A stretch of DNA of 64,000 nt from NCBI GenBank assembly GCA_050084515.1, contig CM114271.1, positions 49,910,001 through 49,974,000 of the forward strand, written 5' to 3'. Below, one piece after another: positions 1 through 12,900 of the stretch. The position numbers and the translations under genes are program-made. Source of the stretch: Blasia pusilla. Its lineage: Eukaryota. The notes beneath the pieces were generated by a model. It had not been told where the DNA came from. It saw nothing but the letters and a program-made list of their open reading frames with translations, and ran no database searches. Position 1 is the stretch's first letter; the number at the start of each line of letters is the position of its first letter.

Positions 1-1194
1 CGCTGCCGGTCTACTGCTTAGGACCGTAGGTCCCATGGGCTACGTAGTCGTGGCGACTATGCAGATGGTCCCCAGAATTTTTTCATCTCATGGTCCCGAT
101 CACACCACGCATATGGGACGTCCCAATGGTTTGTGATGCACAAAGGCAGGGCGTTAGTCGTTGGGACACTCACTACCTACGATTCCCAATAATGGAGTCG
201 CGGACGGACAAGTGGAGAAAGAGGGGAATTGAAAGACGGGGGAAGGGGAAAGAGGGGAACTAAAAGACGGGGGAAGGGGGAAGAGTTCACTTCAAATTCT
301 TGCACCGTGCAACTTGAATTCTTTGCTGCAGGATGTGCAATTCTTGGAAATCCACCGCCACGAACAAAGGGAGTTGGATAGGGTGGCGTGTCAGCAAGTT
401 TGATCAGGTGTTGTCCAATTTCCTTGCTGCAATGCGATTTGAATTCTTGCTATAGGATGTGCAATTCTTGGAAACCCACCGCGCTTAACGAGATTTTAGC
501 CTCAACGCATATGGAATTGGAGTCGGTATTATGATTGCGCTTCATTTGAAGCTTTCATCTGGTGCTCAAATTTTTTTGTTAGTTTAGGCCGCGGAGTTGG
601 ATAGGGTTGTGTGTCAGCAAGTTCGATTAGGTGCAGTCCAATTTCCTTGCCTTCTCGAAGTCTTTTCAAATTTTGTTCACGTCAATTTTTGTTAGTGGCT
701 CAAAGATCGGTCCCATGTGCATAATACTCAAAATTGGAGGCAAATAGTAGAGGAAATCAATAGAACTTCACAAGAACTTCACCGACTCTCAACGATTTCT
801 CACTCTCTTGAGTGTGAAGACGGTAGTTACAAAATCGAGTAAGCAGCTTGTTGTAGGCCGAGAAGATTCAGACTTTATGCGGATGAGAATCCTGAACTCG
901 ATTGGGGATGAATGTATTCTTCAGCAGATTAGTCAACAGTCTCAATCTCAAATCTGTAAGTTAGAAATCTCTTCGCCACTCCATCACTGACCCACAGCTC
1001 GCTCATCGCGCTTGTGTAATAAGTTCATAACAAAGACGGGATCACAATGCTATGAATCTTGAATGTAGCGACGAAGCTGGGGTAGAGATGATTAGAGATA
1101 GAAAAGCGATCCAGACCTTACAGACATGTGCTTATTGAGTGGCTCATTTTCTGGATCTGCCTCACATTGCGAACATTGAAAATTGTGACTCTTT

Positions 1195-1733
1195 ATAACT
1201 TTCCAGCTCACAAAACCACTCTAGAGTTGCTCAAAGTTAGAATGCCCCTCAAGGCCTCTTCTCTTCTTTTATACACTTAGAGATAGGTACAATGAAGACA
1301 AATTAGCTCTACCTATCCTTATGCCACGTATTTTATTCTCATACCATAAGAGGATCTTCTTTGGACTCTAATGTCCCTACCTCATCGAAAGGGCCAGGGC
1401 ATTGTCAGACCAAAAAAGAGAGGATTTGAGCGTTATTTAAGAAATCATGTGAAAAACATGATCGCCGAAAGTTCAAGGATTTATGCGTTCAGTCAATCTA
1501 CGCAGAGCGTTTCTTCCAATGCATCGATAGTTCTTTGGCGCGCCAGAGTTAAGCCTCCGGACCTCAAGAGCTTGCTCCAACCTCATCCTTATCTTACTTT
1601 TCACCAACCTATGGCCCCACTTTCACCTTTATCTCATGTTGGTTGTCTTTACTCTTTTTTCTTGCTTCTTTCATACTTATGCGCTACATGTCATAGGCTC
1701 TAATTTAAGTTTGACTAACAAATCATGGTTACA
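1195..1733 (-). mobile_element. 3' LTR of a chromovirus-type Ty3/Gypsy element
   Basis: The minus strand reads PPT TTGGGGGGAGGTT (about 1734-1746), then TGTAACC at 1733. 1195-1385 is clearly homologous to 62874-63065. Confidence 0.65.
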
Positions 1734-2457
1734 AACCTCCCCCCAATTAAGACACAACGTCCTCATTGTGAGAACTTTCAAACTCTTGCACTATTAATGG
1801 TGCGTTGGCCAAGTTGGTTGAGGGTTGCCATGTGGCCTCAGATATTCGATATCTTCTCCATAAGACCAAGTATTCAACTCGTTAGTGATAAGCTCCTTGA
1901 GTGCGTTTCTTCAAGATATGTTTCACTTCAAATTCTTCGTGATCTCCTACTATTTGAGGAAGTACATGGTGGGGGGAAAATATTGTCCTCAAACCTTTTA
2001 GGGCGTGAGATAAACGATCAAAGAAGAGAGACGTGAAACACAAGATAGATTTTCATATGCATCAATAGGTCTAGCTTATTTTGTAGGATAGTGAAAGGCC
2101 GAATATAGCGAGGATTAAGCTTACGAGCTCCTTCTAATGATAAATTGGTTGCTGCTAACCAAACCTTATTCCCTTTAAGAAATTTGACATCTTGATAATG
2201 AACATCTATGGTTATTTTTGTCAATTTTGGGCAATAGCCAACTTCTCCTTAGCAAGTGTAACCCCTTTCAAAATATGGTCCTCAAACTCATTAATTGCTA
2301 CTACCTTTGTAGATTCTCTTGGGAGTTTCTCTATTCGAGTGAGACTAGAAGGAATTAAGGGATGCTCGCCATGCATTAAAAAAAAATGGTGTTGCTTAAT
2401 GGAAGAGTTCATGAAGTTATTGTATAAGAACTCTACTAAAGGTAACAATGAGTTCTA
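1734..2457 (-). mobile_element. Decayed Ty3/Gypsy pol 3' end: integrase C-terminus plus chromodomain
   Basis: LPLVEFLYNN..., KLNPRYIRPF...VFHVSLL (GPY/F-type region), then EEFEVKHILKKR...EYLVLWRRYRISEATWQPSTNLANA (chromodomain) just before the PPT. Contains stops and frameshifts. Confidence 0.85.
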
Positions 2458-2498
2458 TGTCGTGTGTATACACATCGCTACACAATCCACATGGTTGG

Positions 2499-4558
2499 TG
2501 TGCGCCCCTTCATAAGTGGCTCCCATGTGTGTTAGATACTTTTAGGACTCTAGTTAGGTGAGTAGAAGGAGCTAGAACAACAATCTGCAATTTAAATGGG
2601 ATCATTGGTGCTATTTGGACCAAGATGGTGGCAGCTCACAAATCAGATTGGGATAGGAAATTAGCTTCAGCTGTCCATGCTTACAACACAGTTGAGAAGA
2701 GTACAACAAGGAAAAGTCCCTACTTCTTGGTGTATGCGTAGAACCCTCTCTCGGTAGTAGAGCTGGAGTTGAAGACTGATCATACTCTAGAAGGGCACTT
2801 CCAACCTGAAAGTGGCATAGATAGCAGGCTGGATATGATTGATGCCCTAGAGGAGGAGAGAAAGGCAGCATTGGAGAAGACCAAGGCAGTTCAGCAACAA
2901 AGGAAGATGAGGTTTGATAACCGAATAAAGCATGATCCAGTGAAGGATAGGGACCTGGTGCTGATGTATGATAGTCGACACCAAAAGTTTCCAAAAAAGC
3001 TGCACATTCGACTGCTTGGGCCTTAGCAAGGGAGTGTGGAGTGTGGAACAAAGCATCAAGGGAGTGATGAGAGCAGGTGGAGCTGAAGAGCATCCAAGGG
3101 AGTGATGAGAGCAGGTGGAGCTGAAGAGCATCCAAGGGAGTGATGAGAGCAGGTGGAGCTGAAGAGCATCCAAGGGAGTGATGAGAGCAGGTGGAGCTGA
3201 AGAGCATCCAAGGGAGTGATGAGATCAGGTGGAGCTAAAGAGCATCCAAGGGAAGCTCGAACCAGCTTGAGAAGAAGCAAGCATGGGAAGAATGTAAAGG
3301 TAGGTCTTACCTTCAAGCATGTCCAAGAGACAAGTCGAGCCTATGCCATCAATGCTGCTCAAGAGACTTTAGTTAGGACAGGTTCAGAAGTAGATGAGGT
3401 AGAAATTTCAGGCAGTAGATGCCTTGGAGTAGATGCTTAGGGGGAGGTAGATTTGTAGAAAGGTAGGAACCCAGAATGCCAGAGAAGCCCAAGTGGGAAG
3501 AGGGCTCTCAGCTTCACTTATAAATACTCAGTTGGGTTTGCTTGAAGGCGGGCATATACATGGTGTTGGCTAGTAGACACTCGATCTCTTGAGCCAAGCT
3601 AACCAGTAGAATTATGTGCTCCCAGATCTAGGTAGTATGTAGTGTGCTTGAAGGGGGCTGAGACTAAGAAGGTCTCCCATGTACTCGATGATTTTGTGAT
3701 ACACAAAAGGTAGCCCTATGAAATGAGTTCACTCCACTGCCCTGTATCTGAGTATGTGCAGGATTGAGTGATGAGTTGGGGGGCTTGATGAAGGGAGATT
3801 CTTGGAGCTGATTCAACTAATCATTCAAAAGTGTAGTGAGTGGACAAGAGGCTATACCAGTAGAGGGGAGGCAAGCTTGGGTTCCAAGATTGTGCTTCAC
3901 CAAGGTGTGCTTGGAAAGCTTGCTGTTCTGCCCACCTGAGCTTGGCCTTTGACACCAATCACTGATTACTTCCAGGGTGTGACAACCTAGACTTCCAGGT
4001 CTGGTAAGTGATAAGAGTTAGTGAGTGGAGAGAGAGAGAGGGTCATGCTTGAGCTCCCCTATAGGTAGAAGACCATGGGCTCAGCCTGTTAAGTCTCCTA
4101 CTACCTGAATAAGAAGGGAGAACAAAGGATCAGCAAGGTAAGAGGAGAAGAAGAAGGTGATTGCACTACCTGATCGGTTAGGAGTTGGGTGTACTTTAGA
4201 GGATGTCCTTGGTACATTCAACTAGTCCAAGGCAGCACATTGGAGGACCTTATGCTATCCTGGTCATTCTTGACTGTGATTTCTAAGTAGAGTGTGCTTG
4301 TTGGGTTCCACTGGCCACTCCACTCAAAGCACTCAAGAGAAAGAAAGGAGTTTTGGTTAGTAGGGTGAGGACATGATTGTGATACTGAAGTGGAGAGAGT
4401 TTCTCCAGCCTCTTAAGGTAAGGAGGTGGGGCTTAGAGCTGTTAAGGAGTAGATCTGATCTTTTGATCTGGCCCTAAGCTCTTACATCGGACCGAACTAG
4501 TGGAACTAGCAACATTTTCACCTGGGTTGTGTACTGCCATATATTACGTGGTGAGACA
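2499..4558. mobile_element. 2060-bp TG...CA element (solo-LTR-like) with 5-bp TSD
   Basis: Begins TGTGCG and ends GAGACA. Flanked by GTTGG at 2494-2498 and 4559-4563. The empty site can be reconstructed from the copy near 19240. Confidence 0.85.
3052..3253 (+). repeat. 38-bp tandem repeat, about 5 copies
   Basis: GGAGTGATGAGAGCAGGTGGAGCTGAAGAGCATCCAAG starts at 3061, 3099, 3137, 3175 and 3213. Confidence 0.95.
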
Positions 4559-5092
4559 GTTGGTCACATCTACATACCACACAATACGGATCTTCCCCAA
4601 CATACGGGTAGATCCACACATAAATAAAATACACTCTTGCGTATAGACCGAGACCCCACAAAAAATTCAAGAGTAGTAAAAATGACTCACCCGGCCTAAA
4701 AGTCCACTCATGAATCTATATCGGCATATCAAACCACATCCACTATGAGGAAATTTGGACGCTAGCACCCTAGCTCCTACACACACATACCCACAGACGT
4801 TTATGCAAGAGAGGCGCTCCTAAGGCTCAACATGAGAAAGACGGCTTGAGAAATTCATCTTCCTCACTCTCATATCCTTGGCAAGAGCCAAAAGACTCTT
4901 CCTCCAAAAATAGCCCTACTAACGGTAACATGCGTGCACAGGATACCGGGTAATCGTTGACTTGGTCAACGGGTCACCTCACGGACTAAAACCAAAATAG
5001 GGAAATCGTCAAAAAATGACAATCTCGACACAATAGACCTGTCGCCAACCTCATCTGACATCTCGGGACAAAATTACAACCGAACAACCCGC

Positions 5093-5705
5093 TGTCGTAC
5101 AATAAAATTACCCAGTGTGTAAACTCCTCTCTCATTAATTGTTAAAGAGAGTTTTATTAGTATGAAGTAAATTAGCTTAGGAAAAGGAAATTCCCATCTT
5201 TAAACCTCTTTATGGTGCCTCTTTTATGCGGGCCTAACTTTAGGAAAAGAGGTAATAAATAAAAGATTGGATTATAAAAGTAAAGTAGTGGGGTTGGAGC
5301 TTTAATGAAAGAAAAGAAAAAGTAGTCTTGGGTGGTGGTTAGGATAGTTGGGGTAGTTTGGAAGATATGAAATGAGTAAAGGAGGATATTTTGGAAGAGA
5401 TAAGAGATAATCTTCTTGTGTCAAAATGTGATTGGCGAAGCCTTGAAAGAAATCCATGTGGTACAAGATAAGATTAGCCCTATTTTGTACTCTTGTGGAT
5501 CCCTTGTGAGTATATAAGTAGGAGGGACCCTCAAGGGTTCATCACCTTCTACTTCATATCTTGAGTCTCTCGAGTCACTCTTGAGCGTATGGCTTTGGGA
5601 TTGCTTGCTTTTCCAATGAGAGTGGATTACCCCTCTTGGGAGTGTAACTTGACCTTGGTCTGTCCTTCGAGAGGTTTCTAGAGTGTGGTATGTGTGGATA
5701 TGACA
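5093..5705 (+). mobile_element. LTR of Gypsy family B
   Basis: TGTCGTAC...ATGACA. 5093-5165 and 5372-5423 match the reverse complement of the LTR at 9955-10141. It interrupts the RT of the neighbouring element. No matching TSD. Confidence 0.7.
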
Positions 5706-8340
5706 GACTGGATATATCATATGACCCAAGTACTCAATCTCGTTGTAGAAGAACGTGCACTTGCCTGGATGTAGCTTCAGCCCATGCAAGTGCAATCGTC
5801 AAAACACCTCCTCTAGATGTCGCTCATGCTTCTCAACCGTGGCGCTAAAGACTACGATATCATCAATATAACACCTAGAAAAATTGAGACCTGCCAAGAT
5901 CCTATCCATGACCCTTTGAAACTCAGTTGGGGCGTTCTTTAACCTGTCCTCCAATTTGATAGGCGGTTGATGGTATCCGACTCGAAGATCTAACAAATTG
6001 AAGACCTTTGCATGCCCAATAACATCAAACATCTCCTCAAGAGTGGGCATGGCACACCTATCGGACTTCATGTGCCAATTGATAGGTCTTTAATCTCCAC
6101 ACATCCGCCTATCTGTCCAGTTGCCATGCACATCGTTCTTGGCGGGCATGATAGTGGCAGATGCATACTCTCCATGCAACATTTCCACTAGTCTTGCGCC
6201 AACCAAGTCCTGGATCCTACTCTGAATCAGAGCCCTCTCCATGTCATTGTACCTATAGGGTCGTTGGAAGATCGGCGTGTCACTTGACAACTCATTGCAG
6301 ATCCATGGACCCTTTAGCGTATCGAAATCCTACATACTAAATGCAAGAAAACTCCTATAACTCCTAAGGAACTTGTGTATCCGGCGTCGCTCTCCTCGTG
6401 TAAACTTAGGGCCCATATATGGCTCCCAAGTCTCCATCGTGACTATAGTAGGACTCTCCGGCACGGGTGCCGGTGGTTGCTATGGTGTAACCCCGTCTCG
6501 GACAACAAAACTCGACTGCTCCCTTGCAACCAACTGCAAAATCAGATCTCCATTTGTAGTACCCAAAACCACGCTCAATGCTGTGGCTACCATCTACTGG
6601 CATACATGCAAAACATCCCAAGAAGTCCAACGATGTCTCTCCCAATCATCCTTGGTGTGTCGATCTCTTCGTGTCTCGCCCCTGGCCACTACCTCAACCG
6701 TTTCGGTAGGCATGGGGCTCACCAACGCAAGTGTGATCTGTCGCATCCTCAAATGACGTTGCTCAGCTACTCCTAAGCTGAAAATCCATATCAAGCAGTT
6801 TAGGTCTATCGCCCAACCCGAGACATGACGTCTTGATGCCTCCGATAGTGACGGTATTGCCGTCACTCCTATGGGGAATCCCAACACTCACTCTCGCTCA
6901 CCGGCGTGGGGCTCCACCAACCTCTGTACTTGGTCATTCCAAACCAAGCCAGGTGTGGCTTTCTTGAATGCATACAAAGCGGGAAAACTCACCAATGTGG
7001 GAAAGGCTACTCGTGGCATGCCAATCCTGTTGACCACAGTCAACGGCGGTCGATCATCGTGCCTCATTGCCTATGATCGACGGCCCAGATCCAATATAGT
7101 TTCCACCAACAAATCGGAGGGACGCTCCACTCTCGCATAAGCCCTCCGCAATACCTCATTTGGTACCAAGTTGGTCCACCAAAGACGCGGGCGGTATGGT
7201 CTAGAACCTACACTCGCTGCATCTTACAAAACTGCAAGGCCTATCCATACGCGCACGTGATGTGCACTTGTCACCACGCGGGACCTCGAATCGCCCAGAA
7301 TCGACGCATTCTTCAAAATGTATGTTGGAGAACGAGGCTAATGCTTATGTAAATGTCGCAAGATCTGCATCATCTCCCAAAACAACCTGGACCGAGTATC
7401 AGCTAACCCACTACCTCGTCCAACACTCGATTGGCCCTGACGCGACCAACCAGAAATGACCAAGTCTATGGTCCCTACCCGCTCCAAGTCCTGCGCCCCT
7501 AACAATGAAATGTCCCTCGGTAGGGAATGTTGGTAACCCTGAATAGCGGACGCAGAAAACTAGTCGGGAAAACAGAGGCGTAACTGCGCCACATGGTGAA
7601 GTGAAGCGTGCCTTGCAACATCATCAATCTCCACATACAAGTACTGTTGCACACACACTCTAGTGTGCAAAACAACAGCTAACCCAGTGCCGAACCCTCC
7701 AAAAGAGATCCAACACCCAAATACCCTCCTCTAGGATGCACCACATAATCGGGGTGGTGTCCAAAGGGGTCATAGCATCACTCATGCCTACCTAGGGTTC
7801 CTCTGACCAGTCACACTCTAGTGAAAACATCTTGCTCTATGCGGTTTGCACATGCTTAGTGGCTAAGCGTCCAAGCTCCTCATTCGAGCCCCAAAGCAAC
7901 ACCTCTCCTCCAAGGACTGATGCGGCTACCATAACACTCCTCTCCATAGAAATGTCAGAATTGGGAGTATCCTCTACATGGACATGTCCCTCAATCAAAT
8001 CACTATGCCAAGTGATGGCACTGCTAAATGTTGCTAAGGTCGCCATCTCTCTTGGCTGTCACTCATCACTGTACCTGTGAATCGAATGGGTAATGAGTCA
8101 AAGGCTCCCATCACCTGACTGCCATCCTGGTCTGTAGGACGCTCACTCCTCCTAGTAATCTAGGGAAAACCCCATCGGGTATAACACTACTCCACCAACC
8201 AAGACGTCGTAGGACTCTGCATCAGTCACTATCGCCTTCTCTTCCAACAAGTACTTCCAAGCCAAAAGAGCATGTATGTTCTTTCGAGAGACCACAAAAA
8301 CCAATAAGCGTGTCATATTTAGCCTCCCATCTATCACAAC
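5706..8340 (-). mobile_element. Decayed Ty3/Gypsy pol fragment: protease end, DNA methyltransferase, RT
   Basis: Protease C-terminus (IVTDAESYDVLVGG, 8152-8337). RT motifs PIFQRPYRY, RRMCGD, LDLRVGYHQ, LKNAPTEFQRVMD, YIDDIVVFS and EYLGH (5706-6300). Confidence 0.9.
6770..7730 (-). pseudogene. DNMT3-like C5-cytosine methyltransferase domain embedded in Gypsy pol (decayed)
   Basis: Manual translation gives C5-MTase motifs in order: I VLDLF/GGFGTGL, II YVEID, IV DLVISGWSRQG, V DTRSRLFWE, VI YILKNA, VIII DAASVGSRPYRPRLWWTN, IX ERE*VLGFPIGVT, X RRHVSGWAIDL. One frameshift and several stops. Confidence 0.88.
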
Positions 8341-8469
8341 AACAGTATCAAGTTAGAACATAAGCCCAATAGAAAACAATAAACATGACATATAAATGTG
8401 CAAAGTAATATAATTATTATGTTAGTGCATACCCATACATATATCAAGGCCAATTTTCTCCACAGATTC

Positions 8470-9950
8470 AAACACACCTTGGCCTTTCTTTTATCCTTGT
8501 TTCATCCTCAACAAACATTATAAGCAGATCTCCCTCGATTCAAAGTAGTTGTTTTGATGCAAATAGTACTCGGGAGACCTCTTGAAATATCTCTTTTCGT
8601 AGCCCAGCTGTAAAGGGTGGTAGTTTTGCTCTGTCACGTTTCAAGGTCTTCAGACCTGGCCCTCCCAAGTTTTCCTGAAAGCAGTGGGAAACTTGTCGGC
8701 CACCAAACTGGAACATGGCTTGGGAAAAGGCTTTGGTTCTCTTACTGTAACGATGACCATTGGCCACTCTCTGCAAATTCTTAGCCGTATCTTTCAAGAA
8801 ATCCCACAACCCCTCCGTACCACCAAATGCCCCATCCCTATGTCCATTTACTACGTTCCTAAGAAATAGTTTCAAATCTTTCCTATCTGCAACTACTCCT
8901 AACATGTCTTCTAGCTTCTTTTGCCTAATACTCAAGGCATAAATCCTTTGTGATTATTGTGCCAAAAGCCAACATTGTCTCCTAAATTGAATGCTCAATT
9001 TTTCCACATGCTCCCTCAACTCTGTCTTGGTCAAGTACTTCATGGCCATCCCTCTTTGAGTTATCCCGCCTCCTCTATGCACCAAAGCTTCTGCTTCCCT
9101 ATGCACCTGACCAAAAAAATCATCCTCCCGCTTAATGGAGTCACAATGACTACAAGTGAGGTTCTCAAACCCTCCCCTGTTACTTGACAATCTAGAGCAA
9201 AGCTTGTGCCTAAAACAACCTTGTATACATACAATTGACCTACTACTTAGGTTGAACACTTGCGCTGAAGTGGTAAGCTCACAATTCCAAATAGTTCCTC
9301 ATGTCTGATCATTTAGTATGGCCTTCACATCCATCAACTCTCCTCTCCTTTGGAAGTTTGACTCCTAGAAGCCCCAAAAAAGCAAACTTAGTCCAAAATC
9401 AAAGGAGTAGCAAACCCACCTTTTCCTGAACTGCTTCCTTCCTTGAAGGCATCAAGGTTAAAGAATTTGGTAATGGAATTTTGACTCCTAGAAGCCCCAA
9501 CAAAGCAAACTTAGTCCAAAATCAATGGAGGAAGCAAACCCACCTTTTCCTGAACTGCTTCCTTCCTTGAAGGCATCAGGGTTAAAGAATTTGGTAATGG
9601 AATTTTGAGACGGAAATAAGTCCCTAGGATCTGGTTTCTTTGGTCTTCCCTTCTTCCCAGACCTCAAGACAAGTTTGGCAGTGACCTCTCTAGTGTCAAG
9701 AGCATCCAAGTGATCACGACTAACCAAGTGTTGTCGTAGATTATGCTCCAAATTGGCCTTTCTTGGGCACATATCTATGTGCAACTTGCCACAGATTATA
9801 CATCGTACCTTGTAGAAGTATGACCTGTGTGCAAACTGCGTATCAGCAATAGATGGCGTCATAGAGAACACTATTGTCTCACCCCCAACCTCTACATTCA
9901 TTTTCTCAACTATTCCTAAACCTACGGTGATCTGATGTTCATGATCCCAT
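8470..9950 (-). pseudogene. P-element-like DNA transposase, N-terminal half (decayed)
   Basis: Zn-finger-like CIICG...HLVSRDH, then CSHC, then GHRYSKRTKAF...NLGGPGLKTLKR, then after a stop LLIMFVEDETRIKERPR. This resembles the GxRY/LPSxxTL region and first catalytic Asp of P-superfamily transposases. Confidence 0.55.
9358..9610. repeat. 123-bp tandem duplication
   Basis: TTGACTCCTAGAAGCCCCAA...GGTAATGGAATTTTGA at 9358 and 9481. Confidence 0.9.
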
Positions 9951-9954
9951 AGAA

Positions 9955-12900
9955 TAATGACACAAGTAGATTTCCTCTTATCTCTTCCAAAATATCTTCT
10001 TTTACCCACTTGATATTTTCCAAATTATCCCAACTAACGTAGCCACCAACCAACTAGGCTAATTTACATAATACTAATAAAACTCTATCTAACACTTAAT
10101 GAGGAAGGAGTTTACACACTGGCTGATTTTACTATACGACATTCACCCCCTCCAAACCTGCACATCCTTCGATATGTGCCAAAAATATCGAAACTTCTTG
10201 CTATTTTACTCAAAATTATTTTTGTTGCGCCTCTAGATACATTGAATCAAAATCAAGAAATCCCTCACGTCTACGGAAAATCTTGACCCTTTTTCTTGCA
10301 TTGGGAAGCTTGAGAATTATGTCATCTAGTTCACGTAGTGTGTAAGTGGCATTGTTAAAAGCAAAGACTACAACGTATGGACCAAACCAATGACGTGCAA
10401 ACTTCTTAATTGTACTTTGCTGGTTGTCGTGCACCAAGACCCAATCTCCTTCTCTTATAGGCTCCTTCCGAAGTTGATGTTTTTGTCAAAGCGCTCCTTA
10501 TTTTTCAACCTTGCTTCCTTCATTTTGACTAATGCTTCTGCAATATCTTCTTCCCGCCGCTCTAGTTGTTGCATTCGAAGTGCTAGGAGCTCTTCCCTAT
10601 CGAGCCCGTCTTCCCACGGCAAAACCATCCAAGTGGGTATATCTCCTTCTCCGGGCATTATCGGCTTTTGACCTGTCATCAACTCTATAGGCAAGAACCC
10701 TATAACGGTGTTGTGAGTGGTTCTATCAGCCCATAAAGCAAATGGAAGCAATCTAGGCCAATTAGCATAACGGTCTCCTCACGCCTTTACCGATGCTTGA
10801 ATGATTGGCGGATGTCCTCTTTCGCTCTTACCGTTTGCCTCCGAATTCATGGAGGTTGTTAATCTCAACTGGACTCCGTATCTCTTGAAGAACTCTCGTG
10901 CTTCTTCCGCATTCAGCTCACATGTATCTGCACGGATTCTTCCGATACTCCCATATCGAGCAACAATATCCTCTAGAATAAAACGACATATAGGCTCTAT
11001 TGTTTTAGCCCGTAAAGCCCTCCCTTCTACAAAGTTGGAGAACTCTTATTGTGCTACGACCAGGTAACACATTCCCCAACGATCTAGTGGCATAGCAACT
11101 AGATCTATAACCCATTGATGATGAATAGACAAAGGATGCGTGGGTTTAAGTCCATCTCTCACCTTGATATTTGATTGAAATTGACATTCAACATATGACC
11201 CAACATATCTCTCAACATCTGTATATAGACCTTTCCACCAATACCTCTCTTTTATCTTGGTGAAAGTTGCCCAAGTACCTGTGTGTCCTACCCATAAAGA
11301 ATTATGGAATTCTTTGAGCACTTGCATTTTTATCCCATTGTCATTCACCACCCTCAACGGCATTCCATCTTTCCTCTTTGGCCTTTTCCAAAGATACCCA
11401 TCTTGTAGTAGATAGCCATACGCCTTATGCCGAATCTCCTTAAAGAACTTGTTTTTCCATCCTCCGTCTCTTTGTAGAGTGCTTAAATAGCACCCAATTT
11501 CTTTTAACCTGCCCTCATACAAATTCTCTTTGAAGGCTAGAACATCCTCTATGCCACCTTGTTCTTGAGATAACACTCGCCACACATGTGCATCATCCTC
11601 ATCTATCTCAGTTGCATCCATATCTTCTTCTTGATTAAATCTAGCTTTAGACAACATATCAGCTACTAAGCTCTCTTTCCCAGCTATATGCTTCAATTGT
11701 GGATTCAAGGACCTAATGTAGGCTATCCAACGTAGCATGGCTAAATATGGAGTCATACAATTTGCAATCATACCTATCAGAGGTAGACAATCAACCTCAA
11801 GCAATACATAGGCTTCCATAAGATACTCCTTCTCAGCTTTCATTGCAGTTACAACTCCCCAAAGCTCCCTCTTTACCTAAGGGTACCTCCTCTGTCATTC
11901 CGTGAGTGTACAAGCTCCAAACCTTATCGCAAATCTTCTTCCTTCAGCGTCATGCTGCCCAACTGCCCACCCGATAGCAATAGGGCTAGTGTCCACTATA
12001 ATGATAATAGGTCTTCTACATTCATAGCTCATTTGTCGTAGAACCGGTGGCGACTTCAATGCCTCCTTCAATTGCATCATTGCTGCTCTTTGCTTCTTCT
12101 CCCAAGTGAACTTCTTCTTCTTTCTCAACAGCTCATACAAAGGATCACATATGTGGCCAAAATCAGGAATCCACAACTGATAAAACACATGAGCTCCTAA
12201 ATACCTTCTCACTTCAATGATATTTTTGCATTCTCGTATCCTCCCAATGACATCAACTTTTGCTGGATTTGGTTTCCGGCCAAATTCTCCACAAAGATGA
12301 CCCACTACCATAATTTGAGAGACCCCAATACTACACTTTTCTCTAGAAAGAGTAAGATTGACCTCTTCTAATCTTGTTAGCATCATATCCACATGACAAA
12401 TATGATCAGACACAAACTTTCTACACCATCTTTCACAACCCTCTCAACCCTATCTTCTATTGCATATCCCTTCATAGGAATATCATCTACAAAAGGAATG
12501 GTTTTCTCAAGAATGAACTCTCTCAAGATCTTATTCATTGCACTTTGCATATGAGTGACAGAATTTGTTGCTCCTTGAGGTAATGTGCACATTCTTACAA
12601 GCCCAAGTGGAGTGCGCATAGTGGTAATATCTCTACTCTCCATAGCTAATTGGAATTGATCATATCCCGAGTGCAAATCTTCTATCGAATAGATAGCACA
12701 CGCTGCAAAAGTTTCTACGACTTCATCTATTCTAGGCCCCGCTCCCATATTTCGACTCAAGTAAGGTCCCATAGATGGCTCTAAGATACCCATCTGCATC
12801 TTCTCCTTCAATAACTCAATCAGCTTGGGAATCATAGCTCGTGGTACTGGTATAGGTTTCAAATCCCAAGGCACATATGGAACTATGAAAATTACCATCG

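Larger units (their letters stand above)
2458..4630 (-). mobile_element. LTR end of the PHD-Gypsy family, split by a solo-LTR insertion
   Basis: 2458-2498 joined to 4564-4620 matches the reverse complement of 19190-19285. The same terminus occurs at 29400 and 49659. Confidence 0.75.

Noticed and set aside
3052-3253. 38-bp repeats as a CRISPR array
   Set aside because: The units are head-to-tail with no spacers, there are no cas genes, and the context is a eukaryotic LTR.
9955-10009. MGKRRYFGRDKR start of the 173-aa ORF
   Set aside because: It is LTR sequence (matches 5372-5423), so the ORF is a chimera.
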